Shown here piece by piece: positions 38,884 to 49,278 of a DNA stretch of 64,000 nucleotides. The notes under the pieces were generated by a model. That model had not been told where the DNA came from. It did not search any database and saw only the letters and a program-made list of their open reading frames with translations. Numbering within the stretch: position 1 is the first letter of the stretch; each line of letters begins with the position of its first letter. The position numbers were made by a program, and so were the translations under genes. This DNA comes from an uncultured delta proteobacterium (lineage in GTDB: Bacteria > Myxococcota > Kuafuiibacteriia > Kuafuiibacteriales > Kuafuiibacteriaceae): positions 800,001 through 864,000 of the forward strand of contig CAWDML010000001.1 in the NCBI GenBank assembly GCA_963803435.1, written 5' to 3'.

Positions 38884-41800
38884 GTGAGCTCCGCGACCAC
38901 GGTCAGCGGCCGGGCGCCGGTGTCGAGGCGTCGCGATCACCCGCAGGAGCTGGGCCGCTACCTCGTCCGCGAGCTGATCGGCGAGGGCGGCATGGGCCGC
39001 GTCTATCGCGCCTATGATCCCCGACTCGACCGGGATCTGGCGCTCAAGGTCCTCCATCGCTCCGAGCGCGGGGACGCCGACTGGAGCGTGGTCCTGATCC
39101 GCGAAGCGCGCGCCCTCGCCCGCCTCGCCCATCCTCACGTGATCGCAGTGTACGACGTCGGGCTCGTCGATGAGGACGTGTTCATCGCGATGGAGCTGGT
39201 CCAGGGCATCTCGCTCAGGGCCTGGCTCGACGAATCGAAGCGGCCCTGGCGCGACGTGGTGCGCTTGTTCATCCAGGCCGGCCGCGGCCTGGCGGCTGCG
39301 CACGACGCCGGGTTGATCCACCGCGACTTCAAGCCGGAGAACTGTCTGTTCGGGCGCGACGGCCGGGTCCGCGTGTTGGACTTCGGCCTGGTCCAGCGCA
39401 CCAAGCGCGCGCGGCCCGAGCCCGACGAGCCCTCGGACACCTTCCGGAGCCTCCTCGCCGGGAAGAAGGACGTCGACTTCGACTCCGACCTCGCAGGGAC
39501 GCCGCGCTACATGGCGCCGGAGATGTTCCGCGGGGATGAGGTGACCGAGCACGTCGATCAGTTCGCGTTCAGCGTCGCGCTCTGGGAGGCCCTGACCGGC
39601 AGCCACCCGTTCCCCTTCGAGACCGTCTTTCAGTTCGTGTTCGCCGTGACGGACGGAAAGCCCCCGCGCGTCCCCGAGCGCTCGGAGCTCCCCGCCTGGG
39701 CGCTGGACGTGCTCCGCCGGGGCCTGCTCGCGGATCCCCACGCCCGCTACCCCTCGATGAGCGCGATCCTCGCGGAGCTGGAGGACGGGCTCTCGCAGCT
39801 CAAGCCCCGCGCGCCGCGGCTCGGCTGGCGCTACGAGCGGGCGGGCGACGGCCGCGCGCGGGACCGCCTCTCCTCGCACAACGTCGCGATCGAAGAGACC
39901 GGCGTCCGCCTCGCCGACGAGACGCTCCGGCGGTTGTCGTCGCTGCGCCACCCGAACATCGCCCCGATCCTCGACTTCGCCTCCGGCCCCGAAGGCACAC
40001 ACCTGGTTCTCGAGCTGCCCGAGGGGACCTCGTCGATCGCGGATCTCACGGACCGACCCCTCGCCGTCATCGTCCCGTATCTCGTCCAGATGCTGCGCGG
40101 GATCGACTACCTCCACCGCTCGGGGATCGCGCACGGCGATCTCAGAGCGGAGCACGTCCGCGTCCTGAGCAGCCACGTGCTCCTGACCGGGCTCTCGGCG
40201 GCCAGCGGCGACCGAGCCGGCGATGTGGAGGCGGCGGCGGGGATCGTCCGGGCCGCCGCCGGCGGCGTGCTCGACAGCGATCGCGCGTTCGAGTCGGTGG
40301 CCGCCCTCGCCGAGGCGCTCGCGGAGGAGTCCGGACAGCCGGTGGATCTCGAGACCCCCGAGACCCGCGAGAGCATCCTCCAGACGGCGCCGCTGATCGG
40401 GCGGAGCGGTGAGCTGGCCGAGCTGAGCACGGCCCTCGACGAGGCGTTCGCGGCGAGAGGCTCCGCGATCGCGATCGCGGGCGAGAGCGGGGTCGGCAAG
40501 TCGCGCCTGCTGCGGGAGCTCGCGGTGATCGCGCAGTGTCGCGGTGCGCTGGTGCTGACCGGCCGCACCGAGGCCGCCCGCGGCCGGCCCTTCGCCGCCT
40601 GGCGGGAACCGCTGTCGGCGCTGGCGCTGGCGACACCGCTCTCGGACGAGGAGGCGAGCGCGTTTCGCACCGCCCTCCCCGATCTTGAGCAGCTCCTCGA
40701 GCGCTCGATCGCGGTTCCACCGGAGCTGCCCGCGTCCACGATGCAAGCCAAGTTGCGGAGCGCCGTCCTCTCGGTGGTCGCGCGTCACGATCGTCCGGTG
40801 GTGCTGATGATCGAGGACGTCCACTGGGCGCGAAGCGAGAGTCGCGAGCTCCTCGAGGGCCTCTCCCAGCACGCGCGCGGCACCCGGCTGCTCCTGGTCT
40901 CGTCCATCCGCGACGACGAGGAGAACACGACCGGCGATCTGGTGGCCGCACCGCGCACCATCCAGCTCGGTCGGCTCGATCGCGAGTCGATGAGCGCGCT
41001 CGGCGCCTCCGTGCTCGGAGAGGCGGCCGAGCGTCCCGCGATCGCCCGCTTCCTCGAGCGCGAGACCGAGGGCAACGCGTTCTTCCTGGTCGAGGCCATG
41101 CGCGCGCTGGCCGAGGAGGCGGGCGGGCTCGATCGGATCGCGTCGCTGCCGGAGCCGCCGAAGGACGCCGGGGGCGGCTCGAGGCGGGCGCTGGAGCGCC
41201 GGCTGTCGCGGGTCGTCGCCTCGGACTGGTCGCTCCTCGAGCTGGCTGCGCTGTCCGGACGTCAGATCGACTGCGCTCTCCTCACCCGCCTCCGTGCGGA
41301 CGCCGACCTGCCGGCCTGGCTGTCGCGGTGCGAGCGCTCGACCGTGCTGGAGCGGCGGGACGGCGTGCACCACTTCAGCCACGACAAGCTCCGCGAGTCG
41401 ATCACGGAGCGCATCGGTCTGGAGAGAGCGGCGGCGCTCCACCGCGAGATCGCGCAGGCCCTCGAGCAGCTCTACAGCGACGCGGCGGCGCCCGGTCTCA
41501 CCGAGCACTTCGGCAAGGCGGGCGATCGCGCCCGTGAGGCCCACTATGCGCAGGTCGCCGGAATGCAGGCGCTGCGCTCGTCGGCCGCCGAGGCGAGGCT
41601 CTATCTCGAGCGGGCGGCGGCGCTCCTCGAGGATGGCGATGGCTCCGTGGAGCTGGCCCGGATCCATCGGTGCCTGGGCGAAGCCTCGTACCAGCTCGCC
41701 GACTTCGACGGCGCCGACCAGCACCTGTCCCGCGCGCTGGCGCTGGCCGATCATCCTCCGCCGCGTTCCTCGGTCGGGTGGCTCATGCTCGCCCTCGGAC

Positions 41801-42915
41801 AGCTGATCGTGCATGCCGCGCGGCGGGTCTTTGCGGGCGCCGGACGGAAGAATCCGAGGCTCGAGGAGGCCTCGCGGGCGGCGGGGCGGCTGGCTAAGCT
41901 ATGGGCGCATCGCCCCAGCCCGACGCGCCTGATCTCGATGGCGCTGCTGGCGGAGAACCTCGCGCAGCGGATCGGCCAGCGGAACGTCTACGCGCTCGGC
42001 CTGCTCGGCTATGCGACCGGCATGCTCGGGCTCAAGAAGCTCCCCGCCTCCTACTTCGCGCGGGCGCGCGCGATCGAGGACAAGAACGAAGATAGCGTGG
42101 AGGCCTTCGTCATGGAGGCGATGTCGCTCGGCGCCGCCGGACGCCGCGCGGAGTGCCTGCGCACGATCGATGAGGGCCTGGAGCTGGCGCGTACGCTCGG
42201 CGACCGGTTCGGCGGGGCGTCGCTCGAGGCGGTGCGCGGCCTGACCTGCTGGCTGTTCGGGAGCGTGGGCGAGGTCTCGGCCTGCTACGACCGGGCCGTG
42301 CGCGCGCTCGAGACCGGCGACTCGGGCCACCTGGCCACCTTCGAGGTGGGGCAGGCGCTGGGACGCTACCTGGACGGCGAGGTCGTGGAGGCCGCCCGCA
42401 TCGCCGAGAGCGCGCTGGGCCGGATCTCTCAGATCGACCACTCGATCCGGTGCTCCGGGCTGGCGGTCCACGGTCTGGTCCAGCTCGAACTCGGCAACGT
42501 GTCCGCCGCCGTGCACGCGGCCGAGAGCATCGTCGCCATCTTCGACGACGGCAGGCTGATCGCGCCCATCTTCTTTCACGTGCCCATGCTGTGCTTCGAG
42601 GCGCAGCTCGCCGCCGGGAACGACCGGGAGCTGGAGCGCATGCTGGCGTTCGAACGGGCGTGGATGCGCAACGCGCCGCTGGCCGAACCGCAAGTCTACC
42701 TGCACGAGGGCAAGATGCTCCGCCGGCGCGGCGACGACGCGGGCGCGCGGCGGACCTTCGAGCTGGGGACGGCGGTCGCGAAGCACCTGGCGTCGCCGGC
42801 CTACGAGGGGCTGTGCTGGATGGAGCTGGAGCGCCCGGACAAGGCGGCCGCGCTCTTCGAGGAGGCGGGCTTCGCGCTCTACCTGCGCAAGGCGCGCGCT
42901 CTCCACAGCAGGTAG
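38884..42915 (+). CDS. Ser/Thr kinase + degenerate second kinase + AAA ATPase + TPR-like region
   Basis: HRDFKPEN/DFG; second HPNI..HGDLRAEH; GESGVGKS; IEDVHW; GNAFF. Start is uncertain. Confidence 0.88.
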   Translation: MSSATTVSGRAPVSRRRDHPQELGRYLVRELIGEGGMGRVYRAYDPRLDRDLALKVLHRSERGDADWSVVLIREARALARLAHPHVIAVYDVGLVDEDVFIAMELVQGISLRAWLDESKRPWRDVVRLFIQAGRGLAAAHDAGLIHRDFKPENCLFGRDGRVRVLDFGLVQRTKRARPEPDEPSDTFRSLLAGKKDVDFDSDLAGTPRYMAPEMFRGDEVTEHVDQFAFSVALWEALTGSHPFPFETVFQFVFAVTDGKPPRVPERSELPAWALDVLRRGLLADPHARYPSMSAILAELEDGLSQLKPRAPRLGWRYERAGDGRARDRLSSHNVAIEETGVRLADETLRRLSSLRHPNIAPILDFASGPEGTHLVLELPEGTSSIADLTDRPLAVIVPYLVQMLRGIDYLHRSGIAHGDLRAEHVRVLSSHVLLTGLSAASGDRAGDVEAAAGIVRAAAGGVLDSDRAFESVAALAEALAEESGQPVDLETPETRESILQTAPLIGRSGELAELSTALDEAFAARGSAIAIAGESGVGKSRLLRELAVIAQCRGALVLTGRTEAARGRPFAAWREPLSALALATPLSDEEASAFRTALPDLEQLLERSIAVPPELPASTMQAKLRSAVLSVVARHDRPVVLMIEDVHWARSESRELLEGLSQHARGTRLLLVSSIRDDEENTTGDLVAAPRTIQLGRLDRESMSALGASVLGEAAERPAIARFLERETEGNAFFLVEAMRALAEEAGGLDRIASLPEPPKDAGGGSRRALERRLSRVVASDWSLLELAALSGRQIDCALLTRLRADADLPAWLSRCERSTVLERRDGVHHFSHDKLRESITERIGLERAAALHREIAQALEQLYSDAAAPGLTEHFGKAGDRAREAHYAQVAGMQALRSSAAEARLYLERAAALLEDGDGSVELARIHRCLGEASYQLADFDGADQHLSRALALADHPPPRSSVGWLMLALGQLIVHAARRVFAGAGRKNPRLEEASRAAGRLAKLWAHRPSPTRLISMALLAENLAQRIGQRNVYALGLLGYATGMLGLKKLPASYFARARAIEDKNEDSVEAFVMEAMSLGAAGRRAECLRTIDEGLELARTLGDRFGGASLEAVRGLTCWLFGSVGEVSACYDRAVRALETGDSGHLATFEVGQALGRYLDGEVVEAARIAESALGRISQIDHSIRCSGLAVHGLVQLELGNVSAAVHAAESIVAIFDDGRLIAPIFFHVPMLCFEAQLAAGNDRELERMLAFERAWMRNAPLAEPQVYLHEGKMLRRRGDDAGARRTFELGTAVAKHLASPAYEGLCWMELERPDKAAALFEEAGFALYLRKARALHSR

Positions 42916-43580
42916 ATGTAGAGCGAGTCGAAGAACGCGATCCCCCCGTACAAGAAGTAGAGGAAGTGTTGTGAGCCCAGGCCGTCGTTCACCAGCGGCA
43001 CCAGGTAGTAGCACTGCACCGACGCGCCCAAGCTCCCGATCGCCTTGAGCCAGGCCGCCGACCAGGACAGCCCTCGCCCGTCGCGCCGCTCCAGGACCAT
43101 GAAGACGAAGAGCACGCTCATGACGAAGTTGATGATGTAGGCGGAGATCAAGCCGAGAGGGTCGCGGATCGACTGGCGGAAGGACTCGTGCCCGATGACC
43201 GACAAGATCAACGCCACCGCCATGACGAGGTTGAAGTGCTTCTTGACCTCTGGGATGCGCTGATTCTCACGGCCGTACTTGAACACCTGGTAGATGATGA
43301 AGACGTCCATCACGAACCAGGAGCGATCGAGCAAGATCCACAGCTCGTTGGGGATCGGCGCGAAGAAGGAGTACAGCAGCTCCCAGGTGATGTTCAGGCA
43401 GACGGCGACCAGCGGGACCCCGTAGGCCTGATCCTTCTTCGACTGCCGGAACATCTGTACGTAGGCGACGGTCCAGAGGGCGCAGGCGATACCGCCGATG
43501 ATGTTGTAGGGCTGCCAGATCTCGAGCGCGCCGTTCTCGTACGCGGCCTGACTCACCTCGAAGAACTGCCTCGCCACCAT
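42879..43580 (-). CDS. Transmembrane terpene cyclase-like protein (Pyr4/PaxB/XiaE family)
   Basis: LW..AY......KD..YG.P..A.CLNITWE, W..MD, R....G.S...W..K.IGS, D..Y; about 7 TM helices. Confidence 0.8.
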   Translation of the reverse strand: MVARQFFEVSQAAYENGALEIWQPYNIIGGIACALWTVAYVQMFRQSKKDQAYGVPLVAVCLNITWELLYSFFAPIPNELWILLDRSWFVMDVFIIYQVFKYGRENQRIPEVKKHFNLVMAVALILSVIGHESFRQSIRDPLGLISAYIINFVMSVLFVFMVLERRDGRGLSWSAAWLKAIGSLGASVQCYYLVPLVNDGLGSQHFLYFLYGGIAFFDSLYIYLLWRARALRR

Positions 43581-43631
43581 GGTCCCCGACGGAAAGTAGC
43601 CGAGGACTCGAACCAGTGCCATCTTTCGGCC

Positions 43632-44759
43632 GTGCGAGCGGAAGTGCTGACGGACGACTACCTGAACCGGATGAGAGAGGTCGGCGACGAGACCGCGGAC
43701 GAGACGATCACGCGCCTCTTCCACAGCGGCGACACCGACGCGGTAAACCGGATGATGCGGCACCTGGTGAACAACGATCAGATCCAGTCGGGAGACTTTT
43801 CGCAGCTCCCGCAGGAGATCGCGGACTATCTCATGATCATGGACCAGGTCCCGCTCCCCGACGCGGAGGCGACCCGGATCGCGCAGCGCGTCTTCGCTGA
43901 TCACGGGCCGGAGATCCTGATGGTCCTCGGCTTCTATTCGCTGCCCGCCTCCTACGCTGCCGCGAAGGGAGTCCAGGTCCTCGATCGCACCGCCAAGCTG
44001 GTGAGAGGTCCGCTGCGCCGCGTCTTCGAGACGACGCAGATGGTGATCGACGTGGCGATTCCGGGCGGCCTCGGCAAGGGCGGTCGCGGGCTCGCCACCG
44101 TCCGCAAGGTGCGCCTGATGCACGCCGCCGTGCGCCATCTCCTGCAGGCAGATCCCAGGACCCCCTGGGACAGGTCGTTCGGCAAGCCGATCAACCAAGA
44201 GGATCTGGCAGGGACGATGACCACGTTCTCGTACCTGATCGTCGAGGGCCTGACGAAGCTCGAGGCGGAGCTGAGCGCGGAGCAGCGGGAGGCCTGGCTC
44301 GTCTTCTGGGGCGGCGTCGCGCGCATGCTCGGACTGCTCGACGCGCTCATCCCCGACACGCTCGACGGGTTCGAGACGCTGACCCGCGTGATCCAGCGGC
44401 GTCAGATCCACCCGACCGCAGAGGGACGCCAGCTCACGGCGGCGCTGATCGGCATGTACGACGAGATCATTCCGGGGACCCTCTTCGACGGCTTCGCCCC
44501 CACGCTGATGCGCGAGTTCCTCCCCGAGGACGTGGCCGACGGCCTGGGCATCCCCAAGGCCGACTTCACCGAGTGGATCTGGAAGGCGACCGGCGCCGCC
44601 CTGCACTGCAAGCTGACCGAGGGTCCGATCCGCACCCTGATCCGCCGCTTCAACATGGCGTTCCTCGCGGCCATGCGCGCGCAGGAGCGCGCAGGCGAGC
44701 GTCCGCCCTTCGACATTCCGGACGATCTGGCGGACGGCTGGCGCGAATCGAAGAGCTGA
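43632..44759 (+). CDS. MpaB/DUF2236 (Lcp-like) heme oxygenase family protein
   Basis: MR..GD..AD, SLP.SYA, RR..ET, VRLMHA.VR, PINQED, W..V.RMLG. Confidence 0.88.
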   Translation: MRAEVLTDDYLNRMREVGDETADETITRLFHSGDTDAVNRMMRHLVNNDQIQSGDFSQLPQEIADYLMIMDQVPLPDAEATRIAQRVFADHGPEILMVLGFYSLPASYAAAKGVQVLDRTAKLVRGPLRRVFETTQMVIDVAIPGGLGKGGRGLATVRKVRLMHAAVRHLLQADPRTPWDRSFGKPINQEDLAGTMTTFSYLIVEGLTKLEAELSAEQREAWLVFWGGVARMLGLLDALIPDTLDGFETLTRVIQRRQIHPTAEGRQLTAALIGMYDEIIPGTLFDGFAPTLMREFLPEDVADGLGIPKADFTEWIWKATGAALHCKLTEGPIRTLIRRFNMAFLAAMRAQERAGERPPFDIPDDLADGWRESKS

Positions 44760-44765
44760 TCCCGA

Positions 44766-45494
44766 TCAGGCTTCGCCGGGCAGACAGCCCGCGAGCATCT
44801 CGGTGGCGGGGCCGCGCAGGTGGCGGTGGTAGTGCTCCGACATCGGCGTGTCCTCCGGGTTGATCTCGACCAGAGTGGCGCCTGCACGTTTTGCGATCAG
44901 CGGCAGCTCCGCGGCCGGATACACGACCGCGGAGGTCCCGATCGACACCAGCAGATCGCAGCTCGAGAGCTCGGCCTCGACGGCGTCGAGCACCTCCGGG
45001 GAGAGCGTGTCGCCAAACCACACGATGTCGGGTCTCTTGTACTCCCCGCACGGGCAGCGGATCGAAGCCAGCGGCGCCGCCCGGTCGAGCTCTCGCTTGC
45101 GGCAACCGCGGCAGCGGGTCCGCCACAGGCTGCCGTGGAGCTCGAGCACCTTCTCGCTGCCGGCCAGCTGGTGGAGACCGTCGATGTTCTGGGTGACCAC
45201 GACGACGCTCTCGAGCACCTTCTCCGCCCTCGCGACCACCTCGTGACCGAGGTTCGGCCGGCACTGCGACACCAAGAGGCGGCGGTAGTTATGAAACTCC
45301 CAGACGCGCTCCGGATCCCGCTCGAATGCCGGCTCGCAGGCGCACTGTTGCCAGTCGTACTCCTTCCAAATGCCACCCTTGCCCCTGAAGGTAGGCACGC
45401 CGCTCTCTGCCGACATGCCGGCACCTGTGAAGAACACGATCCGTCGGAAGTCGGAGAGCTGGAGGGACGATGCATTTTTCACGCGGCCGTGCAT
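44766..45494 (-). CDS. cobB: NAD-dependent deacylase (sirtuin)
   Basis: GAGMSAESGVPTFRG, TQNIDGLH, ELHGS, RPDIVWFG, GTS, EINP. Confidence 0.93.
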   Translation of the reverse strand: MHGRVKNASSLQLSDFRRIVFFTGAGMSAESGVPTFRGKGGIWKEYDWQQCACEPAFERDPERVWEFHNYRRLLVSQCRPNLGHEVVARAEKVLESVVVVTQNIDGLHQLAGSEKVLELHGSLWRTRCRGCRKRELDRAAPLASIRCPCGEYKRPDIVWFGDTLSPEVLDAVEAELSSCDLLVSIGTSAVVYPAAELPLIAKRAGATLVEINPEDTPMSEHYHRHLRGPATEMLAGCLPGEA

Positions 45495-45508
45495 GCTAGC
45501 ATGACCAG

Positions 45509-46889
45509 ATGCGGCTGCGGTTCATGCACCCCGCGATCGGCGAGGTCGCGTTTCCCGTGAAGGTCGACAGCCAGATCGTGATCGGGCGGCGAGGCGGCGG
45601 GGCCGGCATCGAGCTCAACTGGGACAAGCGCATCTCCCGTCGCCACGCCGCGCTCCGGGTCACCCCGACGGGCGAGCTCTTCTTCATGGACCTGGGCAGC
45701 AGCAACGGGAGCCACTACGGGACGCGGCGGATCGAGGGCGAGATCCGCTTCGAGCGGGGCATGAGCATCCTGATCGGGGAGACGGTGATGATCCTCTCCG
45801 AGACGGACGATCACCTGGACGATCCCTGGGGATCCGAGTCGACCGACAAGAGGAGCGAGCAGGAGGCCGAGATCGTCCACTCCGCCGCCGAGGATCTCCT
45901 CTTCGAAGCGATCGACATGACCACCAAGGAGCTGCGCGCTCCCGACACCAGCATCCCGATCCTCGAACCGGAGCCCGACGAGGCCGACCACGTCCCCACC
46001 ACGATCGCGCGCTTCGTCGCCTACGACCGGGTCGAGGCGCTCTTCGCCGATCGCGGGACGTTCCGGGTCTTCTGGCAGAACGAGCTCTCGCGGACGGGTC
46101 TGTTCGTCGCCACCGAGAGCCCGCCGCCCTTCGGATGCCGCGTCGACGTGCACATCGCGACGCCCGACGGCGCCATCGATTCTCACGACCTCGGTGGTCC
46201 ACGTGGTGGATCCGCCGGCGGCGCGGCGGTTCGGCATGTCGCCCGGCGTCGGGCTGCAGGTGAACGATCTGAACCTCGAGCTGCGCGAGCGCCTCGAACG
46301 CTACGCGCTCGGCGAGCGAGAGACGCTGTCGCTTCACACGGGCGACGTGGTGGTCGACGTCGACGCGGTGCTCGATCGCGCCCGCGAGGTGCTGGTGGCC
46401 TACGACGCCGGCCGTTACTACGAGGCGCTCCAGATCGACCCGGCCTCCGCCCCCGACGAGCTGGCCGAGCGCATCCGGCAGCTCGAGTCCTACCTCATGC
46501 AGGAGAACCATCTCGGAGGCGCCCAGCGCGCCCGCCTGGACGCCGCCCTCACCGTCCTGGGGAAGATGAGCGCGGTCCTGGGCGTGCCGCAGCGACGTCT
46601 CCAGTACGACTTCCGCGCCGGCCACGTTCGGCCCGAGATGCGCCTGGTGGCCGCGGAGCAGGGGACCGGACCCTCCGTCGCCGAGCTGCGCAAGGCGTGG
46701 AACTTGGTGTTCCCGGACCGCGTCGATCAATCGGCCGTGCTGATGCGACAGGCCTTCGCCGCCTCCCACCAGCGCGATCTGGTGACCGCGATCCACTACG
46801 GGACCGAGGCCCTCGAGCTCAACCCGTTCTTCGAGCAGCTGCGGAGCTACCTCCGGCAGTGGGGCGCCGCCGCCATCGAGCAGGAGTGA
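45509..46889 (+). CDS. FHA + PilZ-like + J-like/TPR protein (frameshift near 46180)
   Basis: IGR..ISRRHA..DLGSSNG; NELSRTGLFV...VVHV..GVGL; YYEAL; ALELNP. Confidence 0.8.
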
Positions 46890-46892
46890 GCC

Positions 46893-48026
46893 TCACTCGT
46901 CTCGACACCGCGGTCCCGCGGTGCCGATCAGCGCCTCCATCACGGGCGCGTACCAGCCCCACATCAAGCGCTCCTCGAAGGAGCCTCCGAGCCAGGCGCG
47001 CGCCCGGCGAAACGCCAGCAAGCCCTTCCGCCGTGGATCGCCCAGCTCGACGGTCGAGTCGACCATGTCTCCGGCAAAGTAGTACGCGCCCGGGCGCCGG
47101 GTGAGCGCCGGAAAGCGGAGCGGGAGCCCGTGCTTGGTCAGCTCCTCGGCGCCCGCGCGATTCACGTCCACTTGGTACTGGTACACGACGTCGGCGGTGG
47201 TGGCGTCGACCACGTCGAGCCAGAAGTAGAACGAGCCTTCGCGTGGCAGACCTGCGAGCTCGGGCGCCTCCTCGGTGCGGTGCATCGTGACGATCCGATC
47301 CGCGTTTTCAAAATGCAGGCTGGGTTGCAGAACGACCATATCGACGTCGTCGCGGACGAAGATCAGCGCCGGCCCGGTCACGTCGAACGGGCGGCCGAAG
47401 ACGCGCTCGTAGACCCGTCCGATCCAGGGCGGCACCTCGTTCTCGTCGCGTACGTTCGGCCAGTAGCGGGCCACCCAGTGGGTCCAGTGCACGCCGAACA
47501 GCGCCTCGAGCCTCGCGCGCGCGGCGTCGCCGGTCGGAGAGGCGAAGGCGTTGAACTCGGCGATGGCGGTACCGCAGCCTCCCACGAACGAATCGATCGC
47601 CTGCGCCTCGGCGACGGTGAAGCCGCCGTAGATCTTCTGCGAGCGCTCGAGCGCAGCCACCCCCGGCACCTCGTAGTCGCCTCGGTAGACGCCGCAGGTG
47701 TCCGCGACGAACAGAACCTTTGCGCCCTGAAGATGGTCCGCGGTCAGATCGTGGCCGCGCTTGGCCGTCGGATCGAAGCCCACGTAGTCGGAGGCCGGGT
47801 CGAGGAAGCGGCCGTCGGGGGTTCCGATCTTCCACGCTTCGAGCAACCAGTCGAAGTTCTGGTGTTCGCGGTAGTTCTGGAAGGGGACCGTCTTGTCGAC
47901 GATCACGACGTTCATCGGTCGGAGCGGCCAGAGCTCCCAGGCGATCCGCGGCACGACGAACAGCCCCAGGACCACCGCGCCGAGGAACGCGAGCCGCCAG
48001 AGCCGCCTCCGAAGCACCGGATCCAC
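46893..48026 (-). CDS. Membrane-anchored hypothetical protein
   Basis: N-terminal TM, DKTVP..YREH, AEFN, YYFAGD. Confidence 0.75.
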   Translation of the reverse strand: MDPVLRRRLWRLAFLGAVVLGLFVVPRIAWELWPLRPMNVVIVDKTVPFQNYREHQNFDWLLEAWKIGTPDGRFLDPASDYVGFDPTAKRGHDLTADHLQGAKVLFVADTCGVYRGDYEVPGVAALERSQKIYGGFTVAEAQAIDSFVGGCGTAIAEFNAFASPTGDAARARLEALFGVHWTHWVARYWPNVRDENEVPPWIGRVYERVFGRPFDVTGPALIFVRDDVDMVVLQPSLHFENADRIVTMHRTEEAPELAGLPREGSFYFWLDVVDATTADVVYQYQVDVNRAGAEELTKHGLPLRFPALTRRPGAYYFAGDMVDSTVELGDPRRKGLLAFRRARAWLGGSFEERLMWGWYAPVMEALIGTAGPRCRDE

Positions 48027-48084
48027 CCGGGCATCATAGCGTTGACCAGCCCTGGAGCGATCTCCACACTCACCCCCGCAGTCC

Positions 48085-49278
48085 ATGGAGGCCGTCGCAG
48101 TCCATGAAGAGGCGGAGCCAGGCGATCGAAGCCGGTATCAGCTTCAAGAGCGGGAAGAGCGCCACCTGATCTGTACCAGCGCGGCGAACATCAAGCTCTT
48201 CGTCGAGCGCGGACTGTCGATCTCCGCGAGCACACGGCGCCGCTACCCCGACCAGAGCATCTTCCTCGACGGGGCCTACAGCGAGGCGCCCTTCCTCGAC
48301 AACGAGAGCCGGCAGTACTCCCTCGATCACCACGCCGGCTGCATCCGCGGCTTCACGCTAGCGACCTGCGAACAGGCCGTCGTGATGTTGCTCCAGGGGC
48401 TTCCGCTCGACGAGGGCGAGTGGCGGCTCTACATCAACGAACCGGACCTCGACGCCCTGCTCTCCGCGTGGGTGCTCATGAACCACACCGAGCTACTGCG
48501 GAACGAGAGCGCGCTGCTGGAGGCGGCGATGCCGATCATCCGCGTGGAGGGCGTCATCGACGCCCACGGGCTCGAGCGATCCGTGTTGACCGGCCTGCCG
48601 CGCGAGATCTATCGGCGCCGCCGCGAGGAGATCGACTTGCTCTCCACGGACGAGCGGCGGCTCAAGGCCAGCGGCGAATGGACCACCATCGATCTGGTCG
48701 AATACGCGCGCGGAATGCTCGACGCGATCGATCGCCTCCTCGTCCCCGAAGAGCAGCTCGACGAGCTCCTCTCCACCGAGCTCATCGAGGTGGGGCGGGC
48801 GGTGCTCCCGCACAACAAGATCGCCCTGCTCTGCCGCTCAGGCCGCGGCATCTACGCGGTCGAGAGCGATCTCAAGGCGCGCTACGAGCGCCAGCTCGGG
48901 GTGATCATCCTCGACCAGGGCGACGGACGCTTCACGCTGCGCCAGGTCGATCCGTTCCTCACCAAGAACCTCCAGGCGCTCTACGAGCTCTTGAACGATG
49001 AGGACGCCAACGTCCACGACGACAACACCTGGGGCGGCTCGACCGACATCGGCGGATCGCCCCGCGACGGCGGCAGCGCGCTCACCGGCGAGGAGATCCT
49101 CGTCCTGCTCGGCGATTGCTACGCCGAGCGCACCTGGTGGAGCCGTCTGTGGCGCACGGGTGGGCGGCGATGGCGGAGATGGCGCGCGCAGTCCCCATCC
49201 TCGGGCGAAACGGCGCTGGTGGTGGTCGAGAAGAACACCGCGTTGAGACGCCTCTGGCGCTGGCTCGTGGAGCATTAG
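48085..49278 (+). CDS. Hypothetical protein with DHH-like phosphoesterase motifs
   Basis: LDHH, NEPDLDA, IDAHG, WGG..DIGGSPR. Confidence 0.7.
   Translation: MEAVAVHEEAEPGDRSRYQLQEREERHLICTSAANIKLFVERGLSISASTRRRYPDQSIFLDGAYSEAPFLDNESRQYSLDHHAGCIRGFTLATCEQAVVMLLQGLPLDEGEWRLYINEPDLDALLSAWVLMNHTELLRNESALLEAAMPIIRVEGVIDAHGLERSVLTGLPREIYRRRREEIDLLSTDERRLKASGEWTTIDLVEYARGMLDAIDRLLVPEEQLDELLSTELIEVGRAVLPHNKIALLCRSGRGIYAVESDLKARYERQLGVIILDQGDGRFTLRQVDPFLTKNLQALYELLNDEDANVHDDNTWGGSTDIGGSPRDGGSALTGEEILVLLGDCYAERTWWSRLWRTGGRRWRRWRAQSPSSGETALVVVEKNTALRRLWRWLVEH

Noticed and set aside
8818-41814. Very long antisense or alternate-frame ORFs (8818-11403, 12391-14817, 19526-23725, 38707-41814)
   Set aside because: They are shadows of real genes caused by high GC3, are Arg/Gly-rich and carry no motifs.
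44766-45494. Sirtuin as an anti-phage (Thoeris/DSR-type) effector
   Set aside because: It is a canonical zinc-binding CobB-type deacylase with no defence partner.
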